Virus record (IMG/VR): IMGVR_UViG_3300048998_000202 | DNA: 64,000 nt | Direction: 5' to 3' (one strand) | Source: a virus | Lineage: Duplodnaviria > Caudoviricetes | In this document: positions 40,416 to 50,282 of the stretch, piece by piece | Position numbering within the stretch: the stretch's first letter is position 1 | Layout: the number at the start of each line of letters is the position of its first letter | Notes under the pieces: generated by a model | Seen by the model: only the letters and a program-made list of their open reading frames with translations | Databases searched by the model: none | Told to the model about the DNA's origin: nothing | Translations under genes and position numbers: made by a program

Positions 40416-41113
40416 GGGCTCCCCAGCGTGGTGTTCGGAGTGGCAGTCGGATTCGACTGCTGGAACTGAGAATTCCAGGATGCACTAGGTGTGGATCCAC
40501 CGTTGTAAGCGGTGAACTTCCACCCGATTCCCTGCGATATACGTCCGATATACGCGTCGATCGCAGCGGCCTTCGCCTTGTCCAGGACGCCGTTGGACGT
40601 CCCGGCCTTCACCAGGCTCGTCGACCCCTCCTGAACGGGGAAGAGCGTCAGCGTGTACCGGTAATTGGCGCGGCCCACCTTGTGGACGACACCGGCCGAC
40701 CCGTCGCCGTCCGAGTCGGTGATCGACTTGATGTAGCACTGGAACCGGATGCTCAGGGGCGAGTAGAGGAAGGTCACCGGCTGGATCGAGGTCGAGCCGA
40801 TGGCGGAACCCGGCGTGGAGGCCCCTTGGGCCGACACCTGCTGGATCTGTTGGATCTTCTGGAAGAACTGCTCCGCCAGCTTCCAGGAGACGCCCTTGTG
40901 GGATCCATCGGTGTCCCGACCCCGGGTGTGGTCTTCTCCGATGGACCCCTGCACGGTGAAATCCGAGATGGAGGTTCCCAGGAGCTGGATGACGGTTCCA
41001 CCGACCGTCTGGGTCACCGATGTGTGAACGGTGATGTTGTAGTCGATGGATTCCGGGTCTATCCGGAAAGTGATGGACGGCCCCTTGGAGAAGCCGAGCG
41101 ATGCCACTCCCAT
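40412..41113 (-). CDS. tail tube initiator-like protein
   Basis: FRIDPESI...QTVGG motif; directly after tape measure. Confidence 0.55.
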   Translation of the reverse strand: MGVASLGFSKGPSITFRIDPESIDYNITVHTSVTQTVGGTVIQLLGTSISDFTVQGSIGEDHTRGRDTDGSHKGVSWKLAEQFFQKIQQIQQVSAQGASTPGSAIGSTSIQPVTFLYSPLSIRFQCYIKSITDSDGDGSAGVVHKVGRANYRYTLTLFPVQEGSTSLVKAGTSNGVLDKAKAAAIDAYIGRISQGIGWKFTAYNGGSTPSASWNSQFQQSNPTATPNTTLGSP

Positions 41114-41117
41114 GCCG

Positions 41118-43676
41118 TCACCTACTCGCGTTGTAGTTGTAGGAGTTCAGCGGAGGAGCCGCCTCCCCGTTGGCCCCGGCGATACCGGTGGCCGAGGAGA
41201 TCTTCAGAAGCTGCTTGGCCGCGTCGGTCAAGTCCACGACGACCTGTCCGTTGGATCCGGTGCTCGTACCGGTGCCGAAGGTGGAGGCGTCGTCGGGGTT
41301 CTTCTTCTCCCAGTCGCTGAGGGACTGCCCGGTCTTTCCCGAAGACTTCGATGCCTCGGTGGTCCAGTCGGCCGAGGTGTTCACGCTGCCGGTGCCCAGA
41401 AGATCCTGGACCGTCTTGCCCTTCTCGTCGCCGGACACGAATTCCACCGACCCCGAAGACAGTTCGTTGGGGTGGTTCTTGATCGCGTCCGACAGGCTCA
41501 TGACCCGCTCGCCGGTAGAGGTGTGCACCAAGACCTTGGCCTTGTCCGGGTCGCTGACGCTCTGAAGCAGGTTTTCGAGCACCGGGTTGCGCTGACCGGA
41601 CTTCTGGTCGACGGACTTCTTGTACGCCTGGAGGGCCTTGCTGTCGCCCTTGTCTGTGCCGACGTCGCCGACAAGACCGGCGGTAGCGGCCTCCAGGAGA
41701 CTGCCGCCGATCTTCGCGGCGGTACTGGAGCCGGTGTCGACCTTTGTGCTGAAGTTCTGGTAGAGGCCGCTGCTGGAGTCCTTCGATGCCGTCTTGGCTG
41801 CCGACGACGACATCGGTGAGGTGCTGGAGGAGTTCTTCTGGGCGTTGGCCAGGTCCCCGTTGTTGCCCGCGATGAGGTTGAAGGCGTATCCCAGCGCCTC
41901 GGTGGGGTCGGAGGAGGTGACGATGCCGAAGGCCGAGAGCTGCTGCTGGATGACCGAGAGATTGTGATTGGGGAACGCCTGAAGGAAGGCGGGCACGATG
42001 CTCAGCGCCGAGTTCGGATCCAGCTTGCCACCGAGGCTTTTCGCCTTCGCGTTGACCCAGTCGATCTCGTCCTGGGTGAAGATCTGGCTCAGCAGGGCCA
42101 GGTTCTCCCCCGCGCGGGCCTGGGAGGCCGCCAGCGGGTTGGTGGTCTGCATGGCCGTGTACTGGTTGTAGGTCATCCCCGCGTTGGAGGAGGCCATGTA
42201 GGTGTACTGCTGAGACATCTGGCCGCTGAGGTCGATGCTCTCGTAACTGCGGCCCAGAGAAGTCTTGCCCATCTGGAGGTTCGCAGCAGTGGGGACGGAC
42301 CCGGCGCCGTAACCGGCCTGCAAGCCGGTCTGCATCAAACTCATGAGTTGGGAGCGGGCCATCTGGGCGTTGACGCCCGCGCTACCAGCCGTATCGGAGA
42401 TATCCTTGAGGGCCTTGTTCAGTTCGTTGAGGTTGACGGTGGAGTTCTTGGACGCCTTCTCCAAGGTGCTGAGCGATTCGTTGACCGAAGCGCCGTAGCT
42501 GGATTTGGCATGGTAGGCGAAGTCCAAAGCGTCCTGCCGACCACCCTGGGAGGAAAAGGCGTCGTCCACCCGGTTGTTGTATCCCAGCCGGGTGACGCCC
42601 TTGAATGCCGTACGCGCCTCGTCACCGCTGAAGATGGACTGCGCGCTGAGTGCGTACGCCTCCTCGTGGCCCCGCTCGGCGAATCCGCTGAAGTTCGAAC
42701 CGCCTTCGACGTTCTGGTAATAGGCGTTCTTGTCCCGCTGGTTCCGCATTTCCCCGATGCCACCAGTGACCAGGGAGGCCCCGGGAATGTTGCGGCCGAG
42801 CCACCCCATGACTCCGCCACCCCCGCCGCCACTGTGGCTTCCTCCACCGCCAGCGCCATAGCCGCCGACTCCCCCGCCGCCACCTCCGCCATGACCTCCT
42901 CCGCCACCCGGGCCAGCTCCCGCTGCACCGTAGGGCCCGTACGGGCCGTACGGGCCGAGGGGGGATCCGTTGCCGCCGAAATAGATGGGGTTGGGGGGCA
43001 TACCCGCCGGTCCCATGCCGTACGGGCCGGAGCCCAACTGGCCTCCGTTGCCGTTGCCCCCTCCGTTGCCTCCTCCACCGCCCTGGTTGCCACCGCCCTG
43101 CCCGGCCCTCCAGAACGGGGACCAGACCCCCAGGGCCGCCCTGCTGAGGGACTGGTGGACCTGCTGAGTGGTCTGGTTGCCCAGCGTGGAGAAGGTGGTG
43201 CCCCATCCGGCTGCCGTCATCGGGAAACGGGTGTGGGTCTGGATCAGGTTCTGAATCGTGGTCATGCCCGGAGTCGGGCCGCTGGGAGGAGCCGTGGAAG
43301 GCCCTCTGCCGGTCGTGGAGCCCGCCGGAGGCCCGGGAGGCAGCACGACGCCGGAGATGACGTTCTGGCCCCCCACGGGGGGCGTGACGATGCCCTGACC
43401 GGAGACGCTCCATGCGCCTGCGCCGCCCATGCTCTGGTTGGTGGTCTGCCCGGCCTGGAAGCCGCCTCCGAGGTTCTGCCGGGCCTGGGCCGCCTGGGCC
43501 GCCACCCCGGGACCGGTGGCGAAGGTCTGCGCCATGTGCAGGGACTGCTGGGCGGAACTGCGCAGGTCGTTGAGTACCCGCTGTTGGGCGGCCTGTCCCC
43601 GGATGAACAGTTCGAAGAAGCGCCCCAGGTCCAGGTTGTCCCCGCTGACGCCGGAATCCGGCTCTCCGTTGGCCAT
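41118..43676 (-). CDS. tape measure protein
   Basis: Long A/G/Q/S-rich ORF after the chaperone genes. Confidence 0.75.
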   Translation of the reverse strand: MANGEPDSGVSGDNLDLGRFFELFIRGQAAQQRVLNDLRSSAQQSLHMAQTFATGPGVAAQAAQARQNLGGGFQAGQTTNQSMGGAGAWSVSGQGIVTPPVGGQNVISGVVLPPGPPAGSTTGRGPSTAPPSGPTPGMTTIQNLIQTHTRFPMTAAGWGTTFSTLGNQTTQQVHQSLSRAALGVWSPFWRAGQGGGNQGGGGGNGGGNGNGGQLGSGPYGMGPAGMPPNPIYFGGNGSPLGPYGPYGPYGAAGAGPGGGGGHGGGGGGGVGGYGAGGGGSHSGGGGGGVMGWLGRNIPGASLVTGGIGEMRNQRDKNAYYQNVEGGSNFSGFAERGHEEAYALSAQSIFSGDEARTAFKGVTRLGYNNRVDDAFSSQGGRQDALDFAYHAKSSYGASVNESLSTLEKASKNSTVNLNELNKALKDISDTAGSAGVNAQMARSQLMSLMQTGLQAGYGAGSVPTAANLQMGKTSLGRSYESIDLSGQMSQQYTYMASSNAGMTYNQYTAMQTTNPLAASQARAGENLALLSQIFTQDEIDWVNAKAKSLGGKLDPNSALSIVPAFLQAFPNHNLSVIQQQLSAFGIVTSSDPTEALGYAFNLIAGNNGDLANAQKNSSSTSPMSSSAAKTASKDSSSGLYQNFSTKVDTGSSTAAKIGGSLLEAATAGLVGDVGTDKGDSKALQAYKKSVDQKSGQRNPVLENLLQSVSDPDKAKVLVHTSTGERVMSLSDAIKNHPNELSSGSVEFVSGDEKGKTVQDLLGTGSVNTSADWTTEASKSSGKTGQSLSDWEKKNPDDASTFGTGTSTGSNGQVVVDLTDAAKQLLKISSATGIAGANGEAAPPLNSYNYNASR

Positions 43677-44188
43677 TACAGCCACTCCCTGTCCTGCTCG
43701 ATGTCGGCACGGGCGATCTCACGCGGGGCGGAGAGCATGGTCGACGTCTCCGGAGGATCGGGAGGACCCGTCAGGCCAGAGACCGTCACCGTGTTGTCGG
43801 CCAGCATCCGCTGGAGGATCTCCAGCTCGTCTTCGGCCGGAACTCCGAACTGCACGTCGCTGTAGTCCAGGTCGGTGTCTGCGTCATTGACGGCGGTCCC
43901 CTCAGGCACCTCTGAGGACGAGAAGTAGTCCCGGAAGACGATCTTCTCTTCGTACCCACCACTGGCGACGAGAGACCCTCGCACCACCGCGTCCAACAGC
44001 GCCGTATGCCGGGCTTCCCGCTGGCCCTGGCGCTGCATGGCGGCCAAACCGTCGGCGTAGGTGAGATAGGACAGCCCGAGTACGGCGACCTCCGAGAGGT
44101 TGTCGCCGGTCAGTAGCCCCCGGGCCTGAGCCAGTCTCAGATGTCGCTCGACGAAAGGTTCGAGTCCTCGGGGGCCGATGCTTTTCCC
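43676..44188 (-). CDS. tail assembly chaperone, frameshifted extension (gpGT-like)
   Basis: The -1 frame is open from the slippery site G GGA AAA (44188-44182) to the stop at 43676. Confidence 0.75.
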   Translation of the reverse strand, partial: GKSIGPRGLEPFVERHLRLAQARGLLTGDNLSEVAVLGLSYLTYADGLAAMQRQGQREARHTALLDAVVRGSLVASGGYEEKIVFRDYFSSSEVPEGTAVNDADTDLDYSDVQFGVPAEDELEILQRMLADNTVTVSGLTGPPDPPETSTMLSAPREIARADIEQDREWL

Positions 44189-44670
44189 ATGGCGTCAAGC
44201 ACCCTCATCGCCAGGTCCTCAAGGATCAGGTAGCGGTTGAAGACCACGTCGATGGTGGACGAGTACCAGTTGTCCTTGACGTAATCGAAGCGCTGGCGCC
44301 CCCATTCGTGGGCACGCTTGGTTTCGCCGATGGGTATCGGGAGATCGTCCCCGTCCACTCCCGTGATGCACATGCCGACCATGGCGTTGGCGTAGGCGCG
44401 GTCCGCACCCATCGTCTCGATGTAGGGCTTGATGATCGTGGCGACAGCCAGCTTCTCACCATCCCGCAGGGTCCGGATGTCGAAGGAGTGCCCGAGCCAG
44501 TCGAAGTTGTCCGCGAGCGCGCCCAGGTACAGCAGTCCCTTGAAGGGCTCCGCGTGCTTGGCGTCGAACGTCGGCAGAACGTTGCCCTCCGCATCACGGA
44601 GGGTGTCCGGTTCATCCTCCGAAGGGACCCCGAGTGTCGTCGGATCGTAGGACTTTGGTCCCGAATTCAT
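44137..44670 (-). CDS. tail assembly chaperone (gpG-like)
   Basis: Between tube and tape measure; ends ...AMGK with a GGGAAAA heptamer. Confidence 0.8.
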   Translation of the reverse strand: MNSGPKSYDPTTLGVPSEDEPDTLRDAEGNVLPTFDAKHAEPFKGLLYLGALADNFDWLGHSFDIRTLRDGEKLAVATIIKPYIETMGADRAYANAMVGMCITGVDGDDLPIPIGETKRAHEWGRQRFDYVKDNWYSSTIDVVFNRYLILEDLAMRVLDAMGKASAPEDSNLSSSDI

Positions 44671-44705
44671 TTCACTCCCCGCATTTCCATGGTAACCATC
44701 CGCTT

Positions 44706-45179
44706 ATGACCAAGACTGCGAGCTCCTTCATCCGGGGGGACGACGAGGCCCGCTTCTGGTCCCACGTGGACCGGCGCGGCCCTGAGGAGTGCTGGCCCTG
44801 GACGGCGGGCACCGATCGGTGGGGATACGGCCAGTTCCGCGTGGAGGGACGTATCTGGCCCGCCCACCGCTGGGGCTACCACCACTTCGTCAAGCCCGTC
44901 CCGGACCATCTGACCATCGACCATGTAAAGGCATGGGGCTGCACCATAAGGCACTGCACCAACTTCCTGGCCCATATGGAAGTCGTCCCCGGCGACGTGA
45001 ATGTCATAAGGGGAAACGGCGTGTGCGCGATCAACGCGCGGAAGACGCACTGCAAACGCGGTCATCCGTTTTCCCCTTCCAACACCTTGATCCGCACCGA
45101 TGGGAGCCGGTACTGCCGTACCTGCAAATCCTTGCGTGAGCAGGGGCGCCTGGATCCCCTGCGCTTCGCCTCCTGCTGA
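44706..45179 (+). CDS. free-standing HNH homing endonuclease
   Basis: RFWSHVD..ECWPWT..GYGQF..AHR..TIDH..C..CTN..H..N; KTHCKRGH; opposite strand inside the tail operon. Confidence 0.88.
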   Translation: MTKTASSFIRGDDEARFWSHVDRRGPEECWPWTAGTDRWGYGQFRVEGRIWPAHRWGYHHFVKPVPDHLTIDHVKAWGCTIRHCTNFLAHMEVVPGDVNVIRGNGVCAINARKTHCKRGHPFSPSNTLIRTDGSRYCRTCKSLREQGRLDPLRFASC

Positions 45180-45183
45180 AGGG

Positions 45184-45690
45184 CTACTGGTTGAGGGCGC
45201 TCGTGTGGGTGTAGGCCACAGTGATGCCCTTGGTGACCGCCAGGCTGCCCACCGTGATGGTGTCGCCGTCGTTGATGTCCACGACGGTGCAGTTGTGGTA
45301 GTTCTTGCCGCGCCACGCCCCGGGGTTGTTCGTGGTTCCCGGAGGCTTGATCACCGTCTGGCAGGTGACGTAGTTCGGGTCGTTGGCCAGAGCAGCGAAG
45401 ATATCCACGATGTTCTTGGATCCGGCCAGACCCGAGAGCTGCTCCCACACGAAGGCGTTCCACAGTTCACGGATGGTCAGCATCAGGGTGCCGCCCTGGA
45501 GGACGCGGGAGGTCGCGATCTCCACGGGATGGGTGGCACCCAGGGGGTGGATGAACTGATAGGGCTGGCCGAGGTCGCTGAAGGCGCGTTGGCCGGAGTC
45601 CTCGACCCCCTCGCAGAAGGCGATGGCCTTCCCCTTGTAGAAGAACGTCGTGTAGCCACTTCCGACTACACGCACCTTCGTCTGAGGCAT
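45184..45690 (-). CDS. tail tube protein
   Basis: 168 aa directly downstream of the sheath. Confidence 0.78.
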   Translation of the reverse strand: MPQTKVRVVGSGYTTFFYKGKAIAFCEGVEDSGQRAFSDLGQPYQFIHPLGATHPVEIATSRVLQGGTLMLTIRELWNAFVWEQLSGLAGSKNIVDIFAALANDPNYVTCQTVIKPPGTTNNPGAWRGKNYHNCTVVDINDGDTITVGSLAVTKGITVAYTHTSALNQ

Positions 45691-45716
45691 TTTAAAATCT
45701 CCTAGTCAGCCGGAGG

Positions 45717-47276
45717 TCACGGAGTAGTCGTCGTGTCACTGGTGTCGGTGAGCGTCCCCGACGTCAGATCGATGGCGAACGTGACGGTGATGTAGTTCGC
45801 CGGGATCGCGGGCTCGTAGGAGAACTGGGCCTCGATGATCGAGGGATCCCCCTGCGGAGTGGCCTGCTGGCGAACCGCGACGTTGCCGTAACTGAGGATC
45901 ACGTTGTTGCTGATGGCGGTCTCCAGGATCCCCGTGAGGGCCCCCTTGACCTTGGTCGTCATGTCGGCGTCGATCGGCTGGCCGATGAGCCCGGCCGACT
46001 CCATGCCGGTCTGCACCAACTGGAAAAGGACGTCACCGATCCGGACCAGCGAGATCTCCCGGCTGGTCAGATCCGACATGTCCGTGGTGACCCCGTGCCG
46101 GATCTGGAGGACACCGCTCTGGGTCTGCTCCAGGACGGCCACACCAGCACTGGACAGCGAGTCCTTGAACACCCGAGTCTGCTGCTGGGCCAGGACGGCG
46201 GGCAGGCCGTTGAATCCGGTGACCGAGACGTGGGTCAGCCCGCGTTCGACATCTCCTCCGGCCAGGCGCCCGGCCATGGCCGCAGCCAGGTAGTAGCCGG
46301 AGACCGTGGTGGTCTGGGCCAGCAAGGAGTTGTAGAAGGAAAGCTGGTTGGGGTAGGCCAGCACGGTGCGCTTGGAGTGGATCGTGGTGGCCAGGACATC
46401 GAACCCCCGGGTGACCACGTCGTAGTTCGTCTCCACACCGACGAAGGCCATCCGGCCGAAGCCGTCGGCCGAAGCGTTCACACAGTGCGTGTTGACGTCC
46501 TGGACCAGAGCCAGGACGGCGTCTGCGCTGTGCGCGTTGGCCGCATCCCCTCCGTCCTCCGGAGACCCGTCCACGAACAGGGGGACGATCAGCGACGCCT
46601 CGTACCTCGCCTGAAGCTTGGCGTACGCCGCGAGGAACTGGTCCTTGATCGTGCCATCGGCCGGATTGGTGGCCAGCGCGAGCACCGTGGAGGCGCCATT
46701 GGCCATGGCCATCTGGGCGGCCAGGGTCAGCGCACAGATCACCTGGGAGGTGTTCGGGTTGGTTGGGGCCGAGGCCGTCAGGGCCGAGCCGTACGTCGCC
46801 GAGATCTGGCTGGGGTCGGTGAACTTCTGCGGGCTGTAGTAGTTCGTGTCGGCATAGCTGTAGGTCACGTAGACCACGGCGCCGTCGGTCAGGCCGTTCG
46901 GGGAGGGCCCTGACGGGGTTCCTGTGGTGCCCAGGCGGTGGATGTAGGTCACGGCGTTGGCCGCTCCCCCACCGCCGGAGGTGTCGACCACGAAGGTGTA
47001 GTCGGTGCCGTAGACCATGGTCGCCCCGGCGACGTTCTTCACCACGGGGGCGCCGATGGCCGGGGGGCCGGTGACTGCGGTGACGAAGATGCCCCGCTTG
47101 GACAGTGCCGTGTTCGAGTTCCAGTAGACCTGGACCACATCGGTGCTGGTTTGGTAACCCTGTGCCGGACCGACCACCGTCACGATGCCCGTGGGGACGG
47201 TGGTCGGTGTCACCACCGGTAGGGACGTGTCCTGCACGTACACGCCAGGCGGTACGTACGAAGTGAAGTCCGGCAT
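45717..47276 (-). CDS. tail sheath protein
   Basis: YVPPGVYVQD N-terminus; IRHGVTT..REISLVR; SYEPAIPANYITVTF C-terminus. Confidence 0.9.
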   Translation of the reverse strand: MPDFTSYVPPGVYVQDTSLPVVTPTTVPTGIVTVVGPAQGYQTSTDVVQVYWNSNTALSKRGIFVTAVTGPPAIGAPVVKNVAGATMVYGTDYTFVVDTSGGGGAANAVTYIHRLGTTGTPSGPSPNGLTDGAVVYVTYSYADTNYYSPQKFTDPSQISATYGSALTASAPTNPNTSQVICALTLAAQMAMANGASTVLALATNPADGTIKDQFLAAYAKLQARYEASLIVPLFVDGSPEDGGDAANAHSADAVLALVQDVNTHCVNASADGFGRMAFVGVETNYDVVTRGFDVLATTIHSKRTVLAYPNQLSFYNSLLAQTTTVSGYYLAAAMAGRLAGGDVERGLTHVSVTGFNGLPAVLAQQQTRVFKDSLSSAGVAVLEQTQSGVLQIRHGVTTDMSDLTSREISLVRIGDVLFQLVQTGMESAGLIGQPIDADMTTKVKGALTGILETAISNNVILSYGNVAVRQQATPQGDPSIIEAQFSYEPAIPANYITVTFAIDLTSGTLTDTSDTTTTP

Positions 47277-47309
47277 TACATACCCTCCGGGACCGGTTAG
47301 ATCGCGCTT

Positions 47310-47343
47310 CCACCCCTTCCGAGGAGCGGGGTCCGAGAGGACA
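47310..47343 (-). promoter_or_regulatory. candidate late promoter TGTC-N20-GAAGGGGTGG
   Basis: Upstream of the sheath gene. Confidence 0.7.
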
Positions 47344-47349
47344 GGAGGG

Positions 47350-48012
47350 TCAGTGCCACTCGGAGAACTGGCCTCCGGTGAGGTCCACTCCGTCTACCGG
47401 GGTGTACGTGAGCTCTCCCGGCAGCTCTTCTACGGGGATCATCACGATCTTGGAGAGGTTGATCAAAGTGCCTGCCGCCGGATCCGGGACGAACTCTCCG
47501 ATGATCTCCAGATTCAGGGACTTCTCGTACATGATCTCGTCGGTGCCCCAGGGGGTACCGGGAGCGGCCCCGTTGCCGCGCCCTTCGATCTTGTCCGTGT
47601 TGAGGGTCGCGGCGATCAGATCGTTGGAGGCGATGGTGTTCTTGAAGCGGCCGACGATGCCGTCTTCATTGCTGAAGGCCACCACTCGCACCAGCTCGTC
47701 ATAGAGCCGGTCTCGCTCCAGTGACGTCATGGCCACCGCCGTGAGGGAGACGTAGCCCTGAAACCGCCAGCGGGTGAAGGGGGCGACCGGAGTGGTGTCG
47801 TCGTTGGGATTGACGTACTCCAGGTGCCCGATGCCCGCACGCAGCAGTGGTTGGGTGTCCTCGAAGTCGATCCAGACCGAGGGGTAGTCCTGCTCGGCGA
47901 CCGGGTATTCCAGACCGATACGGATCCCCCGGAACTCCGGTACCGGATAGGACTCGTCGAAGGTCAGCGTGAGGGCCTCGTCCAAGAGGGTTTTCAGCGG
48001 GGCGACGTACAT
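47350..48012 (-). CDS. tail completion/terminator protein, putative
   Basis: Position upstream of the sheath; EYP...YPSV motif. Confidence 0.6.
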   Translation of the reverse strand: MYVAPLKTLLDEALTLTFDESYPVPEFRGIRIGLEYPVAEQDYPSVWIDFEDTQPLLRAGIGHLEYVNPNDDTTPVAPFTRWRFQGYVSLTAVAMTSLERDRLYDELVRVVAFSNEDGIVGRFKNTIASNDLIAATLNTDKIEGRGNGAAPGTPWGTDEIMYEKSLNLEIIGEFVPDPAAGTLINLSKIVMIPVEELPGELTYTPVDGVDLTGGQFSEWH

Positions 48013-48016
48013 GGGA

Positions 48017-48724
48017 TCAGCTCACCTTCAGCCGGGACCGCCAGGTGCCGTCGGCCAGATAGACACGGGTGGGGAGAATGCCGTTCCACTGTGCGGCCAA
48101 AGTGACCGCATTATTCAAGAACAGCCGGGGTTCGATACCCGGGTGCCGCCAGCGCACGCCGACGTTCCCCCGGGAGATCTGGCCGCCCTGTTTCCCGTTC
48201 CTGGTCCAGGGGGCTGATGCTTCCCGGTTGGCGATCCGGCCCGGGGCACCGGGGTAGGACGCGGGCTTGTCGGAGATGACGACGCGGTTGCCCTGCCGGT
48301 CCTTGCCGTACTTGGTGATCCGCTGGCCGATGTTGGCCACCTTGCGGAAGATCAGCACCTGCGTCTTGCCGGACATGGTGACCCGGACCTTGGCCTTGGG
48401 GTTCTTCGCCCGCTCCTGGCCAGTGGGGTCGTTGATCCACATGGGAATGGTCTTACCGGCGAGATTCCTCATGGTGAAGGGACGAATTCCGTGGTCCTGA
48501 AAGAACACATAGGAGTCGGCCCACCAAATTCCGAAATACCCTTTTCCGTAGATCGGCTGGAGCCGGGCTGCGCTGGAACCGGACATCTTCGGCATTTTTC
48601 TACGGCATTCCCGTACGGCTGCAAGCGCGCACGATCGGGCCCGGCCCGGCGTCATCTTGGGGACGACCATGATGATTCGGTCCGGATTTTCCGCGATTCT
48701 CAGTTCGGCCGTTTCCAAAAGCAA
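48017..48724 (-). CDS. basic neck/virion morphogenesis protein
   Basis: FQDHGIRPF and WRHPGIEPRLFL resemble HK97 gp10-like motifs. Confidence 0.55.
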   Translation of the reverse strand: MLLETAELRIAENPDRIIMVVPKMTPGRARSCALAAVRECRRKMPKMSGSSAARLQPIYGKGYFGIWWADSYVFFQDHGIRPFTMRNLAGKTIPMWINDPTGQERAKNPKAKVRVTMSGKTQVLIFRKVANIGQRITKYGKDRQGNRVVISDKPASYPGAPGRIANREASAPWTRNGKQGGQISRGNVGVRWRHPGIEPRLFLNNAVTLAAQWNGILPTRVYLADGTWRSRLKVS

Positions 48725-48753
48725 TATTATCGCCCACCCAAGTAGGTCAGTCC

Positions 48754-49509
48754 TCAGTCCAGGCCCGAGTCGTGATGCTCGTTCCAGTCGTCCTCGTCCT
48801 CGTAGTTGTCCGAGTCGTCGTGTCCGAGGTCCTCTTCGCCCACCACGGAGAAGCCGTGCTTGGACCGCATGTCATCGTCGAAATTGCCCCGCAGATTGCC
48901 GTGCTCGTCGCGAGCGGGGTCCTTCTCTACTGGTCCCCTGGGCTCAACCTGATAGACGTGGGGACGCACGCCATCATGCATTTCGGCTGCACGATCGGCG
49001 TAGTGCTCAGCCCACTTCCGGCTGGTGGCGTAGGCATAGCCGGGCTCATGGATACCGCCGTTGTTGCCGAAGGTCCCCCTGGTCCCGTGGTTGGGGTGGA
49101 TGTGCTCCAGGTCTGCTTCGGTGCTGCCGTGGTAGTACATCGGGGCGGTGCCGGACTCGTTCGAGGACTGGTCGTGGATGTGCACCGGCACCTCGCCGTG
49201 CCCGGCGTCGCGCAGGGCGTGCAGCAGGTGCTCGTGGTGGTCGTTCGGGTGGTCCGGGTGGGCCTCGGTCCCGCGCGAGTGCGTGTAGAGGTTCTCTCCG
49301 TTGTCGGTGACGTTGATCCCGAGCTGGCCGTGTCGTTTCGGGTTGTAGCCGTGCTGCTTGATCGAGCTGGCCAGCTCGTCGATGTGCTTGCCGTTCAGCT
49401 CGTACCGGCTCTTGTCCCCCTCCATGTCCCCGGGGTGGATGTGCTCCTCGGAGTCCTGGGGAGCCCAGGAGGCCGTACGGACCATGGCAGTACGCCAGAG
49501 AAGGCTCAT
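48754..49509 (-). CDS. degenerate ParB-like domain plus Arr-type ADP-ribosyltransferase domain
   Basis: YYHGS...YAYATS...VYQVEPRGPVEKDP...MRSKHGFSVVGE parallels the Arr ART pattern. Confidence 0.65.
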   Translation of the reverse strand: MSLLWRTAMVRTASWAPQDSEEHIHPGDMEGDKSRYELNGKHIDELASSIKQHGYNPKRHGQLGINVTDNGENLYTHSRGTEAHPDHPNDHHEHLLHALRDAGHGEVPVHIHDQSSNESGTAPMYYHGSTEADLEHIHPNHGTRGTFGNNGGIHEPGYAYATSRKWAEHYADRAAEMHDGVRPHVYQVEPRGPVEKDPARDEHGNLRGNFDDDMRSKHGFSVVGEEDLGHDDSDNYEDEDDWNEHHDSGLD

Positions 49510-50270
49510 CAGTGGTAGTCCCCGTAGTGCTCGTAGTCCTCGTGGTCGGGCATGAGACCCTCGGAGTCGGGCAGGCCGCCGTGCTTGTCGGCGTTGAAGT
49601 GCCAGGCGTCGATGTGGTGGTCACCGCGCTGGAGGGCGGCTCCGACCCGGTGGTGGCCTTCGATGGTGTGCAGGCGTCCCCCGTGGGTGACCATCAGAGG
49701 CGCCTCGTCCCCCAGGTACCGGCCGCTGCCGTTGTCGTTGTGGGTGGGGGCGCTGGGATGAAACTTGTACTTGTCCAGGTGGTTCTGGGAGACGTGGCTC
49801 TGGGTGGCGTAGACCGGCTGGCTCTTGATGTCCACCGGCTCATGGGTGGCGTGCTGGTGCCAGAAGGACTTGTTGGTGCCGTGGTTGCCCACGAAGTCCA
49901 TCAACTCGTCATCCTCGTGGTCCGGAGTGCTCTCCTGCCGGGACTTGCGCTTCTTCTCGTCGATGGCGTTGTCGTACGCCTCGTTGTGCCGGTCCTGGTA
50001 CTCCTCCGGGTACTCCCCGTGTTCCTCGTTGTGGGCCTCCTCCTCCGGCGTGGGCTCTGGCCGGGTGCTGTCGTGGAGGTCCTCGTCGAAGCCGTCATTC
50101 TCCTCGTCATCGTCCTCGTCGTGTCCATAGTCCTCGGCTCGCTCCGGAGACATGTCCACGTATCCGGCGAACCCGGCGTTACGAACGGAGTGCACGACGG
50201 GATGGTGCTCACCGTTCTCGGTGTGCCACGCCATGGCCTCCCGTTGAACCCGAGCAAAGAGCAAGCTCAT
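49509..50270 (-). CDS. acidic His-rich protein with ParB/Srx-like domain
   Basis: VYATQSHVS...PLMV..GRLHTIEGHHRVGAA. Confidence 0.65.
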   Translation of the reverse strand: MSLLFARVQREAMAWHTENGEHHPVVHSVRNAGFAGYVDMSPERAEDYGHDEDDDEENDGFDEDLHDSTRPEPTPEEEAHNEEHGEYPEEYQDRHNEAYDNAIDEKKRKSRQESTPDHEDDELMDFVGNHGTNKSFWHQHATHEPVDIKSQPVYATQSHVSQNHLDKYKFHPSAPTHNDNGSGRYLGDEAPLMVTHGGRLHTIEGHHRVGAALQRGDHHIDAWHFNADKHGGLPDSEGLMPDHEDYEHYGDYH

Positions 50271-50282
50271 TTTAAAATCTTT

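Noticed and set aside
42780-43110. GGC/GGA-rich repeats in tape measure as another guide cassette
   Set aside because: 3-nt periodic Gly codons within a CDS, with no promoter head or hairpin
44750-44772. Guide D1 targeting the HNH gene (FWSHVD)
   Set aside because: Only six units align (11/12 nt) and the rest mismatch; this is expected by chance across 11 guides
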